Positions 27,901 through 37,112 of a stretch of 64,000 bases of DNA are shown one piece after another. This stretch comes from Desulfatiglandales bacterium (GTDB lineage: Bacteria; Desulfobacterota; DSM-4660; Desulfatiglandales; Desulfatiglandaceae), in the NCBI GenBank assembly GCA_963662465.1, contig OY759599.1, forward strand, positions 5,728,001-5,792,000. The letters are read 5' to 3'. The translations under genes and the position numbers were made by a program. How positions within the stretch are numbered: the first letter of the stretch is position 1; every line of letters starts with the position of its first letter. The notes beneath the pieces are model-generated. The model saw only the letters and a list, made by a program, of their open reading frames with translations. It was not told where the DNA came from and ran no database searches.

Positions 27901-29309
27901 GCGCCATGTACATTAATCTTTTCAGTAGCATACCATTCCACCCCATTGGCAAAACCAAAGGCGCCATTTTGGGAAAAAAGTGCGCACAGGGCCGTTCGCA
28001 TGCGCGCCCAGGTCTCGGACCGGGCTGCTAATCGAAGATTGTCATGAGTTTCGGAAAAATGGACCGTCAGACCCTCGGAACTGGAAATCTCCATGGCTTC
28101 CGGAAGATAGTGTTCGATTTGTTCACGACTGAAATTCTGGAACAGTTCCGAATAGGCCCAGTTGAAGTTGGCGTGATTTAAAAGATCCCGGGTAACGGAA
28201 ATCTTTCCGCCAAGACCTTCATTGAAAAAAATCGTATCCGGATACTGTTCCCGTACCGCGGCAATAATGTATTGCCAGGCTGCCGCCGGAATCATGTAAC
28301 CCGCGTCGCACCTGAACCCATCCACCCCTCGGTGGCACCAGGTGAGAAAAACCTCTGCCATATATTTCCAAAGATCTTTTTGGGTGTAATCCAGTTTGGT
28401 GAGGTCTTCCCACTTGACGCCCCAGGCCCCGGGCACCTGTATCGCCCCGTCTTGATCGCGAACAAGCCACGACGGATGCTTTTCATGAAGCCGTGCGGCC
28501 CATCCCGTGTGATTGATGGCAATGTCGATCAGCAACAGGGCGTTTCGCTCATGAACCGCATCCACCAGTTCAATGAATTGTTCCAGGGGTGTTGCTCTGG
28601 GGTCAAATTCAGCCAATGCCGGATCAACCGACAAAAACCCCAGCGCCGCATACGGACTTCCGAACTGGCCCATCCGTCCATAGGTGGTGGGGGTGGGATG
28701 AACCGGAAGCAGCTGAATCACCCTGCATCCCAGCTCTGAAATAATAAAATCCAATTTTCCGATAAGGTCTCGAAAGGTTCCGGACGGTGGTATGACCGTA
28801 TAGCCGGTCTTATCCAGCATTTCCATGGCTTCGCCCATGGCGGGGGTGGGCGTTGCCCGGCCGGCGATATTGGGACCGAACTGACGTACAAAGGCATTGT
28901 AAATAATATTGGCGCAGCAGGTATTTGCGGGAGCAACATTTACAACCGCGTTCAATCCGGGAGGCCAGAGGGGGGTCGTTTCGCCTTCACTCAGAAAATA
29001 ACATTTGGCTTCAAAATGCCCCACCTCGCAAAGGGGTAACCGAACGCGAAACGCCAGGGATGAAACCCTTTGCATGGGAATGTCAAACCAGTCTTTTTCC
29101 AGGCGCGGTTTATCGCACCGCACTTCATCGATAATCTCGGTCCTGGTGATGGACGCATGGCCTAGATTGGTCCGAATATAGGCGGTTCCCGGCAGTTCCC
29201 GGGAAAGGGACAGGGTGAAAACCAGGGCATCCCCCCTGAAATGCAGTTGTTTTGTTCCAGGCGCCGGTTTCTGGTCCAATTGAAGTTCATGGTCCATGAT
29301 GGTTCCCAT
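24987..29309 (-). CDS. Glycogen debranching enzyme: N-terminal GH13 domain fused to amylo-alpha-1,6-glucosidase (GH133-type)
   Basis: GH13 triad GFRCDAG / FFNEGLG / SETHDN; C-terminal AGYPWFLDWGRD, TWMDT, YHNGTAW, QAW. Confidence 0.88.
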   Translation of the reverse strand: MGTIMDHELQLDQKPAPGTKQLHFRGDALVFTLSLSRELPGTAYIRTNLGHASITRTEIIDEVRCDKPRLEKDWFDIPMQRVSSLAFRVRLPLCEVGHFEAKCYFLSEGETTPLWPPGLNAVVNVAPANTCCANIIYNAFVRQFGPNIAGRATPTPAMGEAMEMLDKTGYTVIPPSGTFRDLIGKLDFIISELGCRVIQLLPVHPTPTTYGRMGQFGSPYAALGFLSVDPALAEFDPRATPLEQFIELVDAVHERNALLLIDIAINHTGWAARLHEKHPSWLVRDQDGAIQVPGAWGVKWEDLTKLDYTQKDLWKYMAEVFLTWCHRGVDGFRCDAGYMIPAAAWQYIIAAVREQYPDTIFFNEGLGGKISVTRDLLNHANFNWAYSELFQNFSREQIEHYLPEAMEISSSEGLTVHFSETHDNLRLAARSETWARMRTALCALFSQNGAFGFANGVEWYATEKINVHGAPSLNWGAERNQVSFIARLNLLLKKHPAFHDQTRLKMIQHKQGNYVVMLRYHYPTEKWLLVAVNLDDERETSVTWHSEEIPWQGEILTDLLSGQKVPINRTDGGNSVVLKPGRVFCLTPTEKDMELLDPGAYPPFAIPERIKRQALRAKVLDAYLYYHENSDLNDFDIDAWVARFSRDTEDFCRQLNPQSDASRVIRWMWPTDERREVMIPPGHFLLVESHTAFRARIVDPKNTRVLAWETSLNLDDGRFCVLFRPQPTPLKHTARTLELTVYSPGKTRHAAAPLLFLCPSEKALVEMSLDRAMWPSGPLLFLGTNGRGAMIHAPIRWGQLPSRYDALLAANVDPNCPEDRLIVLTRCRGWVKFQGHSQDMLDPSIESFCFDGHSRGCWRFRTPTGQGRHVLLRVSLEMTAQKNEIRMIVYRESAGEEEGRLPDDRAVEVILRPDVEWRSFHESTKAYLGSGAHFPASVSLMSGKNGFWFSPNGPQQKLAVCISKGIFEPASEWQYMVHHIMDGERGFDPDSDLFSPGYFSSFLEGGQWVELMARVSNDGDSDCWEENRVDHDVLKEFVGRRKPISLAQSLHEALDHYVVKRGDMKTVIAGYPWFLDWGRDSLIFVRGLVAAGKTEDARAVLTQFGRFEKDGTLPNMIHGEDAGNRDTSDAALWFFTACGDLLEKDGDTFLEAKAGGRTIGEVLRSIGGFMIRGTQNGVRMDPESGLIFSPAHFTWMDTNFPTGTPREGYPIEIQALWYRALRILFEIDGEKGEHDWQALANRVSKSISELFWVDGGYLSDCLHAAPGVPARAATPDDALRPNQLLTITLGAVCDPTLCRQVLRACEELLVPGAIRSLADRPVNYPIPVVHAGKLLNDPSRPYWGTYAGDEDTRRKPAYHNGTAWTWPFPSFCEAWAETYGDASRETALSWLSSSIGLINSGCLGQVPEIVDGDFPHVQRGCDAQAWGVSELLRVWKKLER

Positions 29310-29387
29310 CTTTCTGAGTCTTTAATATTCGAAAACACTGCTGCAAAACCAATATTGTGTCAAGAAAAAAACAGCGTTTTCCGAACG

Positions 29388-30236
29388 TTACCCGGCTAAA
29401 ACGGCCTTTAAAATATTGTCATAAGCGATATTTATACCGAGATCCGCATCTTTCATCAGTTCTTCAAGATCTCCCGCGTCCCCCGCAACGACCATTTTCC
29501 CGTCAGCGGGAATTTGCCCCAGTAACGGCACTCCCATATCCTCGGCCATTTTTTTCCCACCGCCCTGTCCAAACAGCGGTACTTGTTGACCGCAGTGAGG
29601 ACAAAGCTGTCCGCTCATATTTTCAATCACTCCCAATATTTTCATTTCCACCTGACGGCAAAAATTGATGGACTTTCTGACATCCGCCAAGCTGAGTTCC
29701 TGGGGTGTGGTCACAATGAGGGCTTCGGCATCAGGAATGGTCTGGGCTACGGTCAGGGGTTCATCACCGGTTCCGGGAGGAGAATCCACCACTAGAAAGT
29801 CCAGGTCCCCCCACTCAATATCCGAGATAAACTGCCGAATGGCGCTGATTTTCATGGGGCCCCGCCAGATCACGGCCATATCCTTTTCACCCATCATCAT
29901 TTCAATGCTTACAATACTGAGTTGTTCCGAAAAAGCATAGGGCTTAACAACCCCTTCCTCGCTCATATCGAAACCACTCTGTATATTCATGAGTTTTGCC
30001 ACGCTGGGACCATGCAGATCCACATCCAGCAGTCCCACTTTTTTTCCCTTTTTGCTTAAGAGAATGGCCAGATAGCTGGCCACGGTACTCTTGCCGACCC
30101 CCCCTTTTCCACTCATCACGAGGATTTTTCGACCTACATGAGCCAAACGGTCCTCAATCATTTTATCTTGCAGTTTACGCTCAAAGTCACCGGGCGTCAT
30201 CTTTTCTTGTTGGGTTTCCAAAATATTTTTCCTCAA
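29388..30236 (-). CDS. apbC: Mrp/NBP35 (ApbC) Fe-S cluster carrier ATPase
   Basis: SGKGGVGKST, VIWRGP, DSPPGTGDE, ENMS..CPHC. Confidence 0.9.
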   Translation of the reverse strand: MRKNILETQQEKMTPGDFERKLQDKMIEDRLAHVGRKILVMSGKGGVGKSTVASYLAILLSKKGKKVGLLDVDLHGPSVAKLMNIQSGFDMSEEGVVKPYAFSEQLSIVSIEMMMGEKDMAVIWRGPMKISAIRQFISDIEWGDLDFLVVDSPPGTGDEPLTVAQTIPDAEALIVTTPQELSLADVRKSINFCRQVEMKILGVIENMSGQLCPHCGQQVPLFGQGGGKKMAEDMGVPLLGQIPADGKMVVAGDAGDLEELMKDADLGINIAYDNILKAVLAG

Positions 30237-30298
30237 AAAAAAAGAGACCCCCCATTTTACTGGAAGAGTCCCTTTTGGGGTTTCAATCTAAATTTTAT

Positions 30299-31183
30299 TT
30301 ACAGTTCAAGCCAAGAGTCGGAATAGAGGGACTGGCCCAGAATTACCCTGGCCGTTTTAACATAGTCCTGCAATTCCTTTGACAGCGCGCCCATGTCAAT
30401 CTGTTCCTCATCCATTACCTTATGAATGGCTTCCACCACGTCCGGTCTTTTTCCCCGGGCAATGGCGGTCAACTGATCATCATAGGCATCGGAAATCACG
30501 GAATACATCCCCTTCCGCTCCAGCATCACCATATAAGTCTGGTTGAGAATGGGACGCAGATGGTCCGGGGGACCATTGGAAATATTGGAAAGACCGCAGG
30601 TGGATTTCACGCCGGGAAACATCTCCCCCACCATTTCCTGATAAGCCATGAGGCTCATGAGTTGGGGCTGCTGAATATTGACGGGCGTCACAATGCCGTC
30701 CACAAAGATGTCCTCGTTGGGAACGCCCGCTTCATTAGCAGCGTACAGCAGTTCAGCCGACAGGGCCATGCGCTCATTTTCATCCCTGGGAAGACCATCC
30801 GGCCCCCACATAAGAGCGATCATGTTGGCTTTATATTTCACCGCAAGCGGAATCATCTTCTCATAACGCTCGGGTCTGCACATGATGGAATTGATAATGG
30901 CTTTCCCCTTACACGTTGCCAGCCCCGCCTCCATGGCATCGACATTGGACGTATCAAGACAAAGGGGAATCTCGGTTCCAATCGCGTCCTGAACCGTATT
31001 GACAACAAACTCCATCAACTCCGGGCCGCCTTTTCTGGCGGGTCCAAGGTTGATGTCGATCCAGTCCATGGCTTTTTCCTTCTGGCGTTTGGCTTCCGCG
31101 GCAATGGGACCCGGGTCCTTTTCCTTAAACGCCCTGCCAATAATCGTGTTGATTACATTTAAATTTTCACCAATCAAGAACAT
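30299..31183 (-). CDS. acsE: Methyltetrahydrofolate:corrinoid Fe-S protein methyltransferase
   Basis: IGENLN, IDINLG, LDTSN, INS, CGLSNISNG pterin-binding barrel motifs; acs operon context. Confidence 0.88.
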   Translation of the reverse strand: MFLIGENLNVINTIIGRAFKEKDPGPIAAEAKRQKEKAMDWIDINLGPARKGGPELMEFVVNTVQDAIGTEIPLCLDTSNVDAMEAGLATCKGKAIINSIMCRPERYEKMIPLAVKYKANMIALMWGPDGLPRDENERMALSAELLYAANEAGVPNEDIFVDGIVTPVNIQQPQLMSLMAYQEMVGEMFPGVKSTCGLSNISNGPPDHLRPILNQTYMVMLERKGMYSVISDAYDDQLTAIARGKRPDVVEAIHKVMDEEQIDMGALSKELQDYVKTARVILGQSLYSDSWLEL

Positions 31184-31286
31184 GGGCACACTCCCTTTTT
31201 TTTCTAAATGGTCACGACAATAAATCTGTTGTGTCCCTGGCGCCAGTCGGGCCAGGGCACAACAAACTCAAAAACCGCCTAGTTTT

Positions 31287-32630
31287 TTACTGCATATCCT
31301 TCAAGAACTTGGGAATAAGAGAGGCGTCTCTTGGCCCGATCTTGACGTCCCAATCCGGAAGATCCTCTTCCATTTCCCCACTGATGGCCGCAGCGTAGCC
31401 CGGAATAATAATTTCCTTATGGGCAACCTTGTCGGCAATGCCGCACTTCTTGACAAACACGGCCACGGCATCGCCCGAGAATTTACCCGCCGCCCAGGCG
31501 GTCATCACGGACAAACCTTCCGTATCCATAACCAGCAGCCAGCTGGGAATCCGGCTTCCTTCGATCTCGCCGCTGACAATAAAGTAAGTCAGCGAAAAAT
31601 TGGTGGTAATCAATATTGGTGAATTTTCATCGGGCGTACCAATCTCATAGATACCCTCGGTCACGGTCATTGGGCGTTGCGGGTCGGTAAAAATGTTGAG
31701 GCGCTCAAGAAGGAGAGGAAATAGACTCTCACCCTCAAAGTCGGAAAGCACCACAATGCCCGCGTATTTGGCGATCAGCAGGGACGAGATAAGGGTTTCC
31801 ACGGCCAGGTTGTCCGCCATTTCACAGGGAAAGGTGATGGTGGGAAAACCCAAAAGTTTATTGGCCGCCTTAAGGGGCGCCCTTCGAATCACCACCTGAT
31901 CCTGGAACAGCGCTTTGATTTCCCGTGCGCCGGAATCAAGTACCAGGTCTTTCAAGCCCATGCCCGTCAATTTTTCACTGAGGGCAAGGAGATCGTCCAT
32001 GTTTTCCGCTTTGATCGCCAGAGGAAGGCCACTTTCCTTGGCCAGATTCCCCATATCATCGACATTATCCTTGGTAGCGGCATAAATCAGCGGTTTCTTG
32101 AAAGCGCAACCCGCGAGAGCCGCCTTGATCACATCCGGCTTTTCGCTCATAAGAACCAGACCGAATTCCGATTCTTCAGCGATTTTCTTAGCAACGGCAG
32201 CGAAAGCGACGGCATCGCCGCTGACATCTTTTACAGCCACCAGTTCAGGCCGCAGGTTCAGCCCCACCCTTTCGAACTGAAAGGCGTTCCAGGTTTTTAA
32301 TTTTGTATCAAGGGCGGCTGCATCCACATCGGATGGCATCAAAGCCGCCAGCGCGGTGGGGCTGTAAAAAGTTTTTTCATGCCTGAACATGACGGTTTCA
32401 CCGCCCACCTTGAAGGCCCTTACGCCCGCACCAATAGCCACAGGACGAATGGGCGGGGCCGAAGCCTCAGCCAATTGATCCCTGGCTTCATCGGAAACGT
32501 AGGGGCAACTATCCAATTCCGCCTTGCCGGCGGCAAGATTCATGGCAAAAGCCAGACATGTGGGAACCCCACACTCGCCGCAATTGGTTTTGGGTAATAA
32601 TTTAAATATCTGAATTCCAGTTAATCCCAT
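31287..32630 (-). CDS. acsC: Corrinoid Fe-S protein large subunit
   Basis: LPKTNCGECGVPTCLAFA...CP cluster motif, TTNFSLTY, AWAAGKF. Confidence 0.95.
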   Translation of the reverse strand: MGLTGIQIFKLLPKTNCGECGVPTCLAFAMNLAAGKAELDSCPYVSDEARDQLAEASAPPIRPVAIGAGVRAFKVGGETVMFRHEKTFYSPTALAALMPSDVDAAALDTKLKTWNAFQFERVGLNLRPELVAVKDVSGDAVAFAAVAKKIAEESEFGLVLMSEKPDVIKAALAGCAFKKPLIYAATKDNVDDMGNLAKESGLPLAIKAENMDDLLALSEKLTGMGLKDLVLDSGAREIKALFQDQVVIRRAPLKAANKLLGFPTITFPCEMADNLAVETLISSLLIAKYAGIVVLSDFEGESLFPLLLERLNIFTDPQRPMTVTEGIYEIGTPDENSPILITTNFSLTYFIVSGEIEGSRIPSWLLVMDTEGLSVMTAWAAGKFSGDAVAVFVKKCGIADKVAHKEIIIPGYAAAISGEMEEDLPDWDVKIGPRDASLIPKFLKDMQ

Positions 32631-32711
32631 AGCAAACTCCTAACTCAGAATATAATGGTAAAAGCCGAAGTGCGGCCACACGGGTCCGCACCCCGGCTCA
32701 TGTTTACATCC

Positions 32712-34925
32712 TTACCCCACAATTGGGTCCATCTTCAGGGCGGGGTGGTCCTTTTCCTTAAGAAATGCCAGAACGGTTTCCTCATCCGTTCCCACGGTCT
32801 CATCGGCAATCCGGTCAACGAAATCGGGCATGCCCAGTTCCTCTCCACGAGCGACTAGGCGGTCCCTAAGCTCTTCTTTCAAAGATTTGGGTATCCACAC
32901 AATTCTAAAAAGGCCGCCATCTCCGGATATGAACTTTCGCTGGGTCAGGTTAAACTTACCGTGACCCACAAACCCGGGTGAGGACTGACCGCCGCCCATG
33001 ACGCCGGCAAGGGTCGTGAACTTCATACCGCACGGGGTCGGACCGCTGTAATCTCGATGGACGCTCATGACGCCGTTACAACCGGGCAACACCGCCGCAA
33101 TGGCTTCACAGCAACCGCAGGTGGTCATTGGATCTTGAACGATAGAGTACAAATTGTAATGATCAATGGTCTGTCGGGACGCCTTGAAAACAAAATCATT
33201 GACGCCCTTAAACTGGCCCAGAACCGGATCCAGAACCTCGCCCTTTTCCACGGGCTGGTTGGGCCCGGTGGGATTGATTTCATAGGAGGCCTTGCAATCC
33301 ATCCAGTTGTAGGCGCCGCAAAGACCGGTCCGCTCGGGGCTGACCATGCAAACATGGCTGGGCGCAAAAGACTGACACAGGGTGCAGGAATAGAACGTCT
33401 CCACGCTTTCATCGGTCATATTCTCAACACGGTTGTCCCGAGTTTTGTACTCTGCCCTGGCAGTTTCGGTTAATTTATCCACATCTTCTTTATTGGTATA
33501 CAGGGTTACCTGAACCTTATCAAGGATGCTTCCGAAATCCTGGTGCATTTTCGCATGCAGAATCACACCGATATCCTTAAGGGTAAACCCTTTTTCGATG
33601 GCATTATCGCTCACGCGGATCCAGGAGATATCCCGCTGCCCGATATGCATGATATATTGGGCATAGTTGATGAGATGATGAACCTGACGTTCCAGAATAG
33701 GCTCAAAGTCGGGCTGCATTTCACGGCCGGCCACCTGCATGAAGATACCGAGGGGAAGTCGTTCCCCCTTCTTGACATCGCCTACGTCCGGGCCAATCAC
33801 TTCGACCTTGCCGTCTTCGATCTCGTTCATCTCGGCCATTTTACACAGCTCGGTACATTGGGTCTTGCCGCCGCCCATCTCCATGTAGAGATCGTCTTTA
33901 CGGACTCGTTCGCCCTCAAATGCCGGACCGTAGGCCAGGGGAATCTTAATTTCCGAAACCGTAACTTTAAGACCGCGGATTTCAACGGACTTCTGGCAGA
34001 TTTCATTGTGGGGCACATTGGCCACCACGTGTTCGTAGGTACAGATACCCGTGGGCAGAATCTCCGGAATGTCCGTATCCGCCAGAGTTGGAAAGCCCCA
34101 GTTCACGCAACCTGCGGCAGCCACAGCCCACTCGGTCCCCACATCGCCAAAGGCGTTGACAAAAGCGAAAATACGGTCCTTGTTGTAAAGAAGGATTTTC
34201 TTGTAGTCGCCGGGCTGCACCCCGCCGAACGACATGGCGGCACGATTGGCAAAACCGAGAGCGAATACGGCGGAGCTGATGTCCGGTCCAAAGGGTACGA
34301 TTCGGGTATTCCACCCTATCTGCATGCCGGCTTCCAGACATTGCTCAATAATGGTGGTGCCGTTATGGTTGGCGGCACAAAAAATATAAAGACTCTTTTT
34401 CTGATAGTCTTCCACAATCATCTTGGCGGTTTCCGCATCGGGCAGGGCGCCCACGCATGCGGCAAATCCGGGGGCGGAACCATCCACGAATTCCACACCA
34501 CGCTTTCTTAAAATGGCGTCGTCCGCCGGTCCCACCCAAATTTTACCCGCGTCAATATCCGGATCTTCCTGTGCAATATAAAAATCAGGCTCCCTCAAAA
34601 TTCTAAGGGCTTCAATGATTTCATAACAGAAAATCGCCGCCATGCCCGCGTCCAGCAGGGGACCCAGGTATGGAAGGTAATTTTTCAGTTTGATATGGGG
34701 CGGTAAAAGTGACCGTGCAAATTCAAGGGGCGCCTTCAAATCTTCCAGCGTCTCCACCTTCAAACCGGTAAGCGAATAAATTACCGGAAGATAGTAAGCC
34801 GTGTTGGGAAATCCGATTTTCGTACTGGCATCGTAGGTCTGTAGGGCTTTTCGGTATTCACCCTCGGCCTGTGAAACAACTTTATATCCACCCTGAATGG
34901 CTGCAAATGCTACTAATTTAGACAT
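32712..34925 (-). CDS. acsB: Acetyl-CoA synthase (ACS) subunit
   Basis: FPNTAYYLP, CTLCQSFAPSHVC...LCGA, TTCGCCE A-cluster ligands. Confidence 0.96.
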   Translation of the reverse strand: MSKLVAFAAIQGGYKVVSQAEGEYRKALQTYDASTKIGFPNTAYYLPVIYSLTGLKVETLEDLKAPLEFARSLLPPHIKLKNYLPYLGPLLDAGMAAIFCYEIIEALRILREPDFYIAQEDPDIDAGKIWVGPADDAILRKRGVEFVDGSAPGFAACVGALPDAETAKMIVEDYQKKSLYIFCAANHNGTTIIEQCLEAGMQIGWNTRIVPFGPDISSAVFALGFANRAAMSFGGVQPGDYKKILLYNKDRIFAFVNAFGDVGTEWAVAAAGCVNWGFPTLADTDIPEILPTGICTYEHVVANVPHNEICQKSVEIRGLKVTVSEIKIPLAYGPAFEGERVRKDDLYMEMGGGKTQCTELCKMAEMNEIEDGKVEVIGPDVGDVKKGERLPLGIFMQVAGREMQPDFEPILERQVHHLINYAQYIMHIGQRDISWIRVSDNAIEKGFTLKDIGVILHAKMHQDFGSILDKVQVTLYTNKEDVDKLTETARAEYKTRDNRVENMTDESVETFYSCTLCQSFAPSHVCMVSPERTGLCGAYNWMDCKASYEINPTGPNQPVEKGEVLDPVLGQFKGVNDFVFKASRQTIDHYNLYSIVQDPMTTCGCCEAIAAVLPGCNGVMSVHRDYSGPTPCGMKFTTLAGVMGGGQSSPGFVGHGKFNLTQRKFISGDGGLFRIVWIPKSLKEELRDRLVARGEELGMPDFVDRIADETVGTDEETVLAFLKEKDHPALKMDPIVG

Positions 34926-34996
34926 GTTTTCCTCCTTCGTTGAGGATTTATTCTAATCCGAAAATTTTGAAAATTATGGTTAACGACAAATCAGTT

Positions 34997-37030
34997 CTAA
35001 GCCTGAAGGGCCTGACGATCGGCCATATCCATCAAAACACGCTCTCTTGCTCTATCGATACCCAGTTCTTTTCGTTTTTTGTCGATATGGGCAATCATCA
35101 GGGCCGCATGTTTAATGGGATCAACCTCCAGGTCCCACATGCCGCCGTAGATTTCTTCAAATTCCTTACAGATATAATCGTTAAATACCGGCGCACCGCT
35201 CGTGGGCAGCGTGACACCAAACACCGTGTACACACCCGATACCACAAAATAATGGCCAATGCTGATGGCCTTTTCACTCATCCACTCAGGCGCACTTCCC
35301 GCCACCGGCAAATCACTGATATCTTTTCCCAATCCGCCTGCCTTCACCACCTCTGTTGCGGCAAGGAGAATACGGCTGTTATCCACACAGGAACCTAAGT
35401 GCAGAACGGGCGGAATACCCACAGTTTCGCAAACCTCGGCCAAGCCAGGTCCGCAGAAGGTAGCCGCGGATTCGGGCGTCAACAAACCTTCCATGGCGCA
35501 GGCAATCGCGTTGCATCCGGTCGTCAGGACGAGAACGTCATTCTTGATCAGTTCCTTGACAACGGTGAGGTGACCTTCATTGTGTCGGGTTCGCGCATTG
35601 TTGCATCCCACCACGCCGGCCACGCCGCGAATGCGGCCATTGATGATATTGTCGTTGAGGGTATAGTAGGAACCGCGAAAGCTGCCGCCAAGATGATACT
35701 CAATGGATTCCACGCCAAACCCCGCCACGCACGGCATTTTATGTTTTGGAATCATGACTTCGCTACTGCGGTTTTCATAGTTATCAATGGCCATTTTGAC
35801 GATCCGTGTGGCATCTTCCATGGCGTGATGTTCATCAAATTCAATATGGATCACATTCTCCTGCTCCATCTTGGCGATGGGATGAGTCGTGATCAGTTTG
35901 GTATGAAAACAAGCCGCCACATTGGCCAGATTCTGCATGATGCACTGAATGTCCACCACCATGGCGTCGCAGGCGCCGGTAATGATCGCCAGTTCCTGCT
36001 GCAGAAATGTCCCCGCCAGAGGTATGCCATGACGCTGCAGCATTTCGTTTGCCGTACAGCAGATGCCGCTCAGCTGAATGCCCTTGGCGCCTTTACTTTT
36101 GGCGTAATCAATCATCTCCTGGGTCTCAGACACGGCAATGATAAGTTCGGACAGAATCGGTTCATGACCGTGAACAACGAGGTTCACATGGTCTTCCCTC
36201 ATGACGCCCAGGTTGGCTTCGGACTGAATGGGAAATGGGGTGCCGAACAGGATGTCCTGCAGATCGGTGGCCAGCATGGAACCACCCCATCCATCCGCGA
36301 TGGCGGCCCGGGTTCCCTGTTTGATCAAATTTTTGTAATCCTGATCCACACCGATATGGGTGCGGTGCATGATTTCCACGATTTCCCGGTCGATGTTCCG
36401 GGGAAGTACGCCCTGTTTTTTCCAGACATTATAACGCGCTTCAGGGGCCTTCTTCAAATTGAGGAGTTCGCCTTCGGGTTTGCCCCATTCATTCATGGCG
36501 GCTTCGCCCACTTCAACGGCGATCTCATCCAGATCCCGATCCATTTCTTCGCCGTCCACTTCAACGGTTGTGGCAACATTCAGATCCTTGGCCACCGCTA
36601 GGAGCTTCACGGTGTCTTTAATCTTATAAACATCCGTCTCTTTCCGGGCAGCGGCAAGAAATACCGCCGCCACGCCGCGTCCATGGTCGGAGTGAGCCGC
36701 CGCGCCGCCGGCGATCATACGGATAAAGTTACGGGCTGCTATGGTGTTGGCTGTAGCGCCGCAAAGACCCTTTCGATCATCTTTACCTTGAATACCACCT
36801 TTGGGAAGCGGCAGCCGGCAAGGCCCCATGGAACAATTCTTACAACATGTACCCTGAACGCCGATATTACAGGGCTTCATGTTCTCAGCCCGGTCAAAAA
36901 CCGTTTCCACGCCCAATTCATGGGCGCGGGCGATCATTTCCTGTGTTGCCACGTCAATGGATGCCTTGATTGGGTCAGCCAACTTTTTTTCCTTTGCAAC
37001 CTTAGCAACCTTTACTTTTTCTTCTGCCAT
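34997..37030 (-). CDS. cooS: Anaerobic Ni-CO dehydrogenase catalytic subunit (AcsA/CooS)
   Basis: PCNIGVQGTCCKNCSMGPC, HSDHGR, VHGH, ICCTANE, VVGCNN, TTGC, GSCVDN, WMSEKA; SD GAGGAGG before ATG 37030. Confidence 0.96.
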   Translation of the reverse strand: MAEEKVKVAKVAKEKKLADPIKASIDVATQEMIARAHELGVETVFDRAENMKPCNIGVQGTCCKNCSMGPCRLPLPKGGIQGKDDRKGLCGATANTIAARNFIRMIAGGAAAHSDHGRGVAAVFLAAARKETDVYKIKDTVKLLAVAKDLNVATTVEVDGEEMDRDLDEIAVEVGEAAMNEWGKPEGELLNLKKAPEARYNVWKKQGVLPRNIDREIVEIMHRTHIGVDQDYKNLIKQGTRAAIADGWGGSMLATDLQDILFGTPFPIQSEANLGVMREDHVNLVVHGHEPILSELIIAVSETQEMIDYAKSKGAKGIQLSGICCTANEMLQRHGIPLAGTFLQQELAIITGACDAMVVDIQCIMQNLANVAACFHTKLITTHPIAKMEQENVIHIEFDEHHAMEDATRIVKMAIDNYENRSSEVMIPKHKMPCVAGFGVESIEYHLGGSFRGSYYTLNDNIINGRIRGVAGVVGCNNARTRHNEGHLTVVKELIKNDVLVLTTGCNAIACAMEGLLTPESAATFCGPGLAEVCETVGIPPVLHLGSCVDNSRILLAATEVVKAGGLGKDISDLPVAGSAPEWMSEKAISIGHYFVVSGVYTVFGVTLPTSGAPVFNDYICKEFEEIYGGMWDLEVDPIKHAALMIAHIDKKRKELGIDRARERVLMDMADRQALQA

Positions 37031-37112
37031 TTTGAGGTTCCTCCTCATATTGAAATAAAATGTGATATGTTCGCAAAATTAAACAAACCATTTTTAAAAA
37101 ATAAAAGCGTAT

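Noticed and set aside
33475..33483. Perfect DnaA box TTATCCACA
   Set aside because: Isolated and inside acsB coding sequence; a single 9-mer in 64 kb is compatible with chance.
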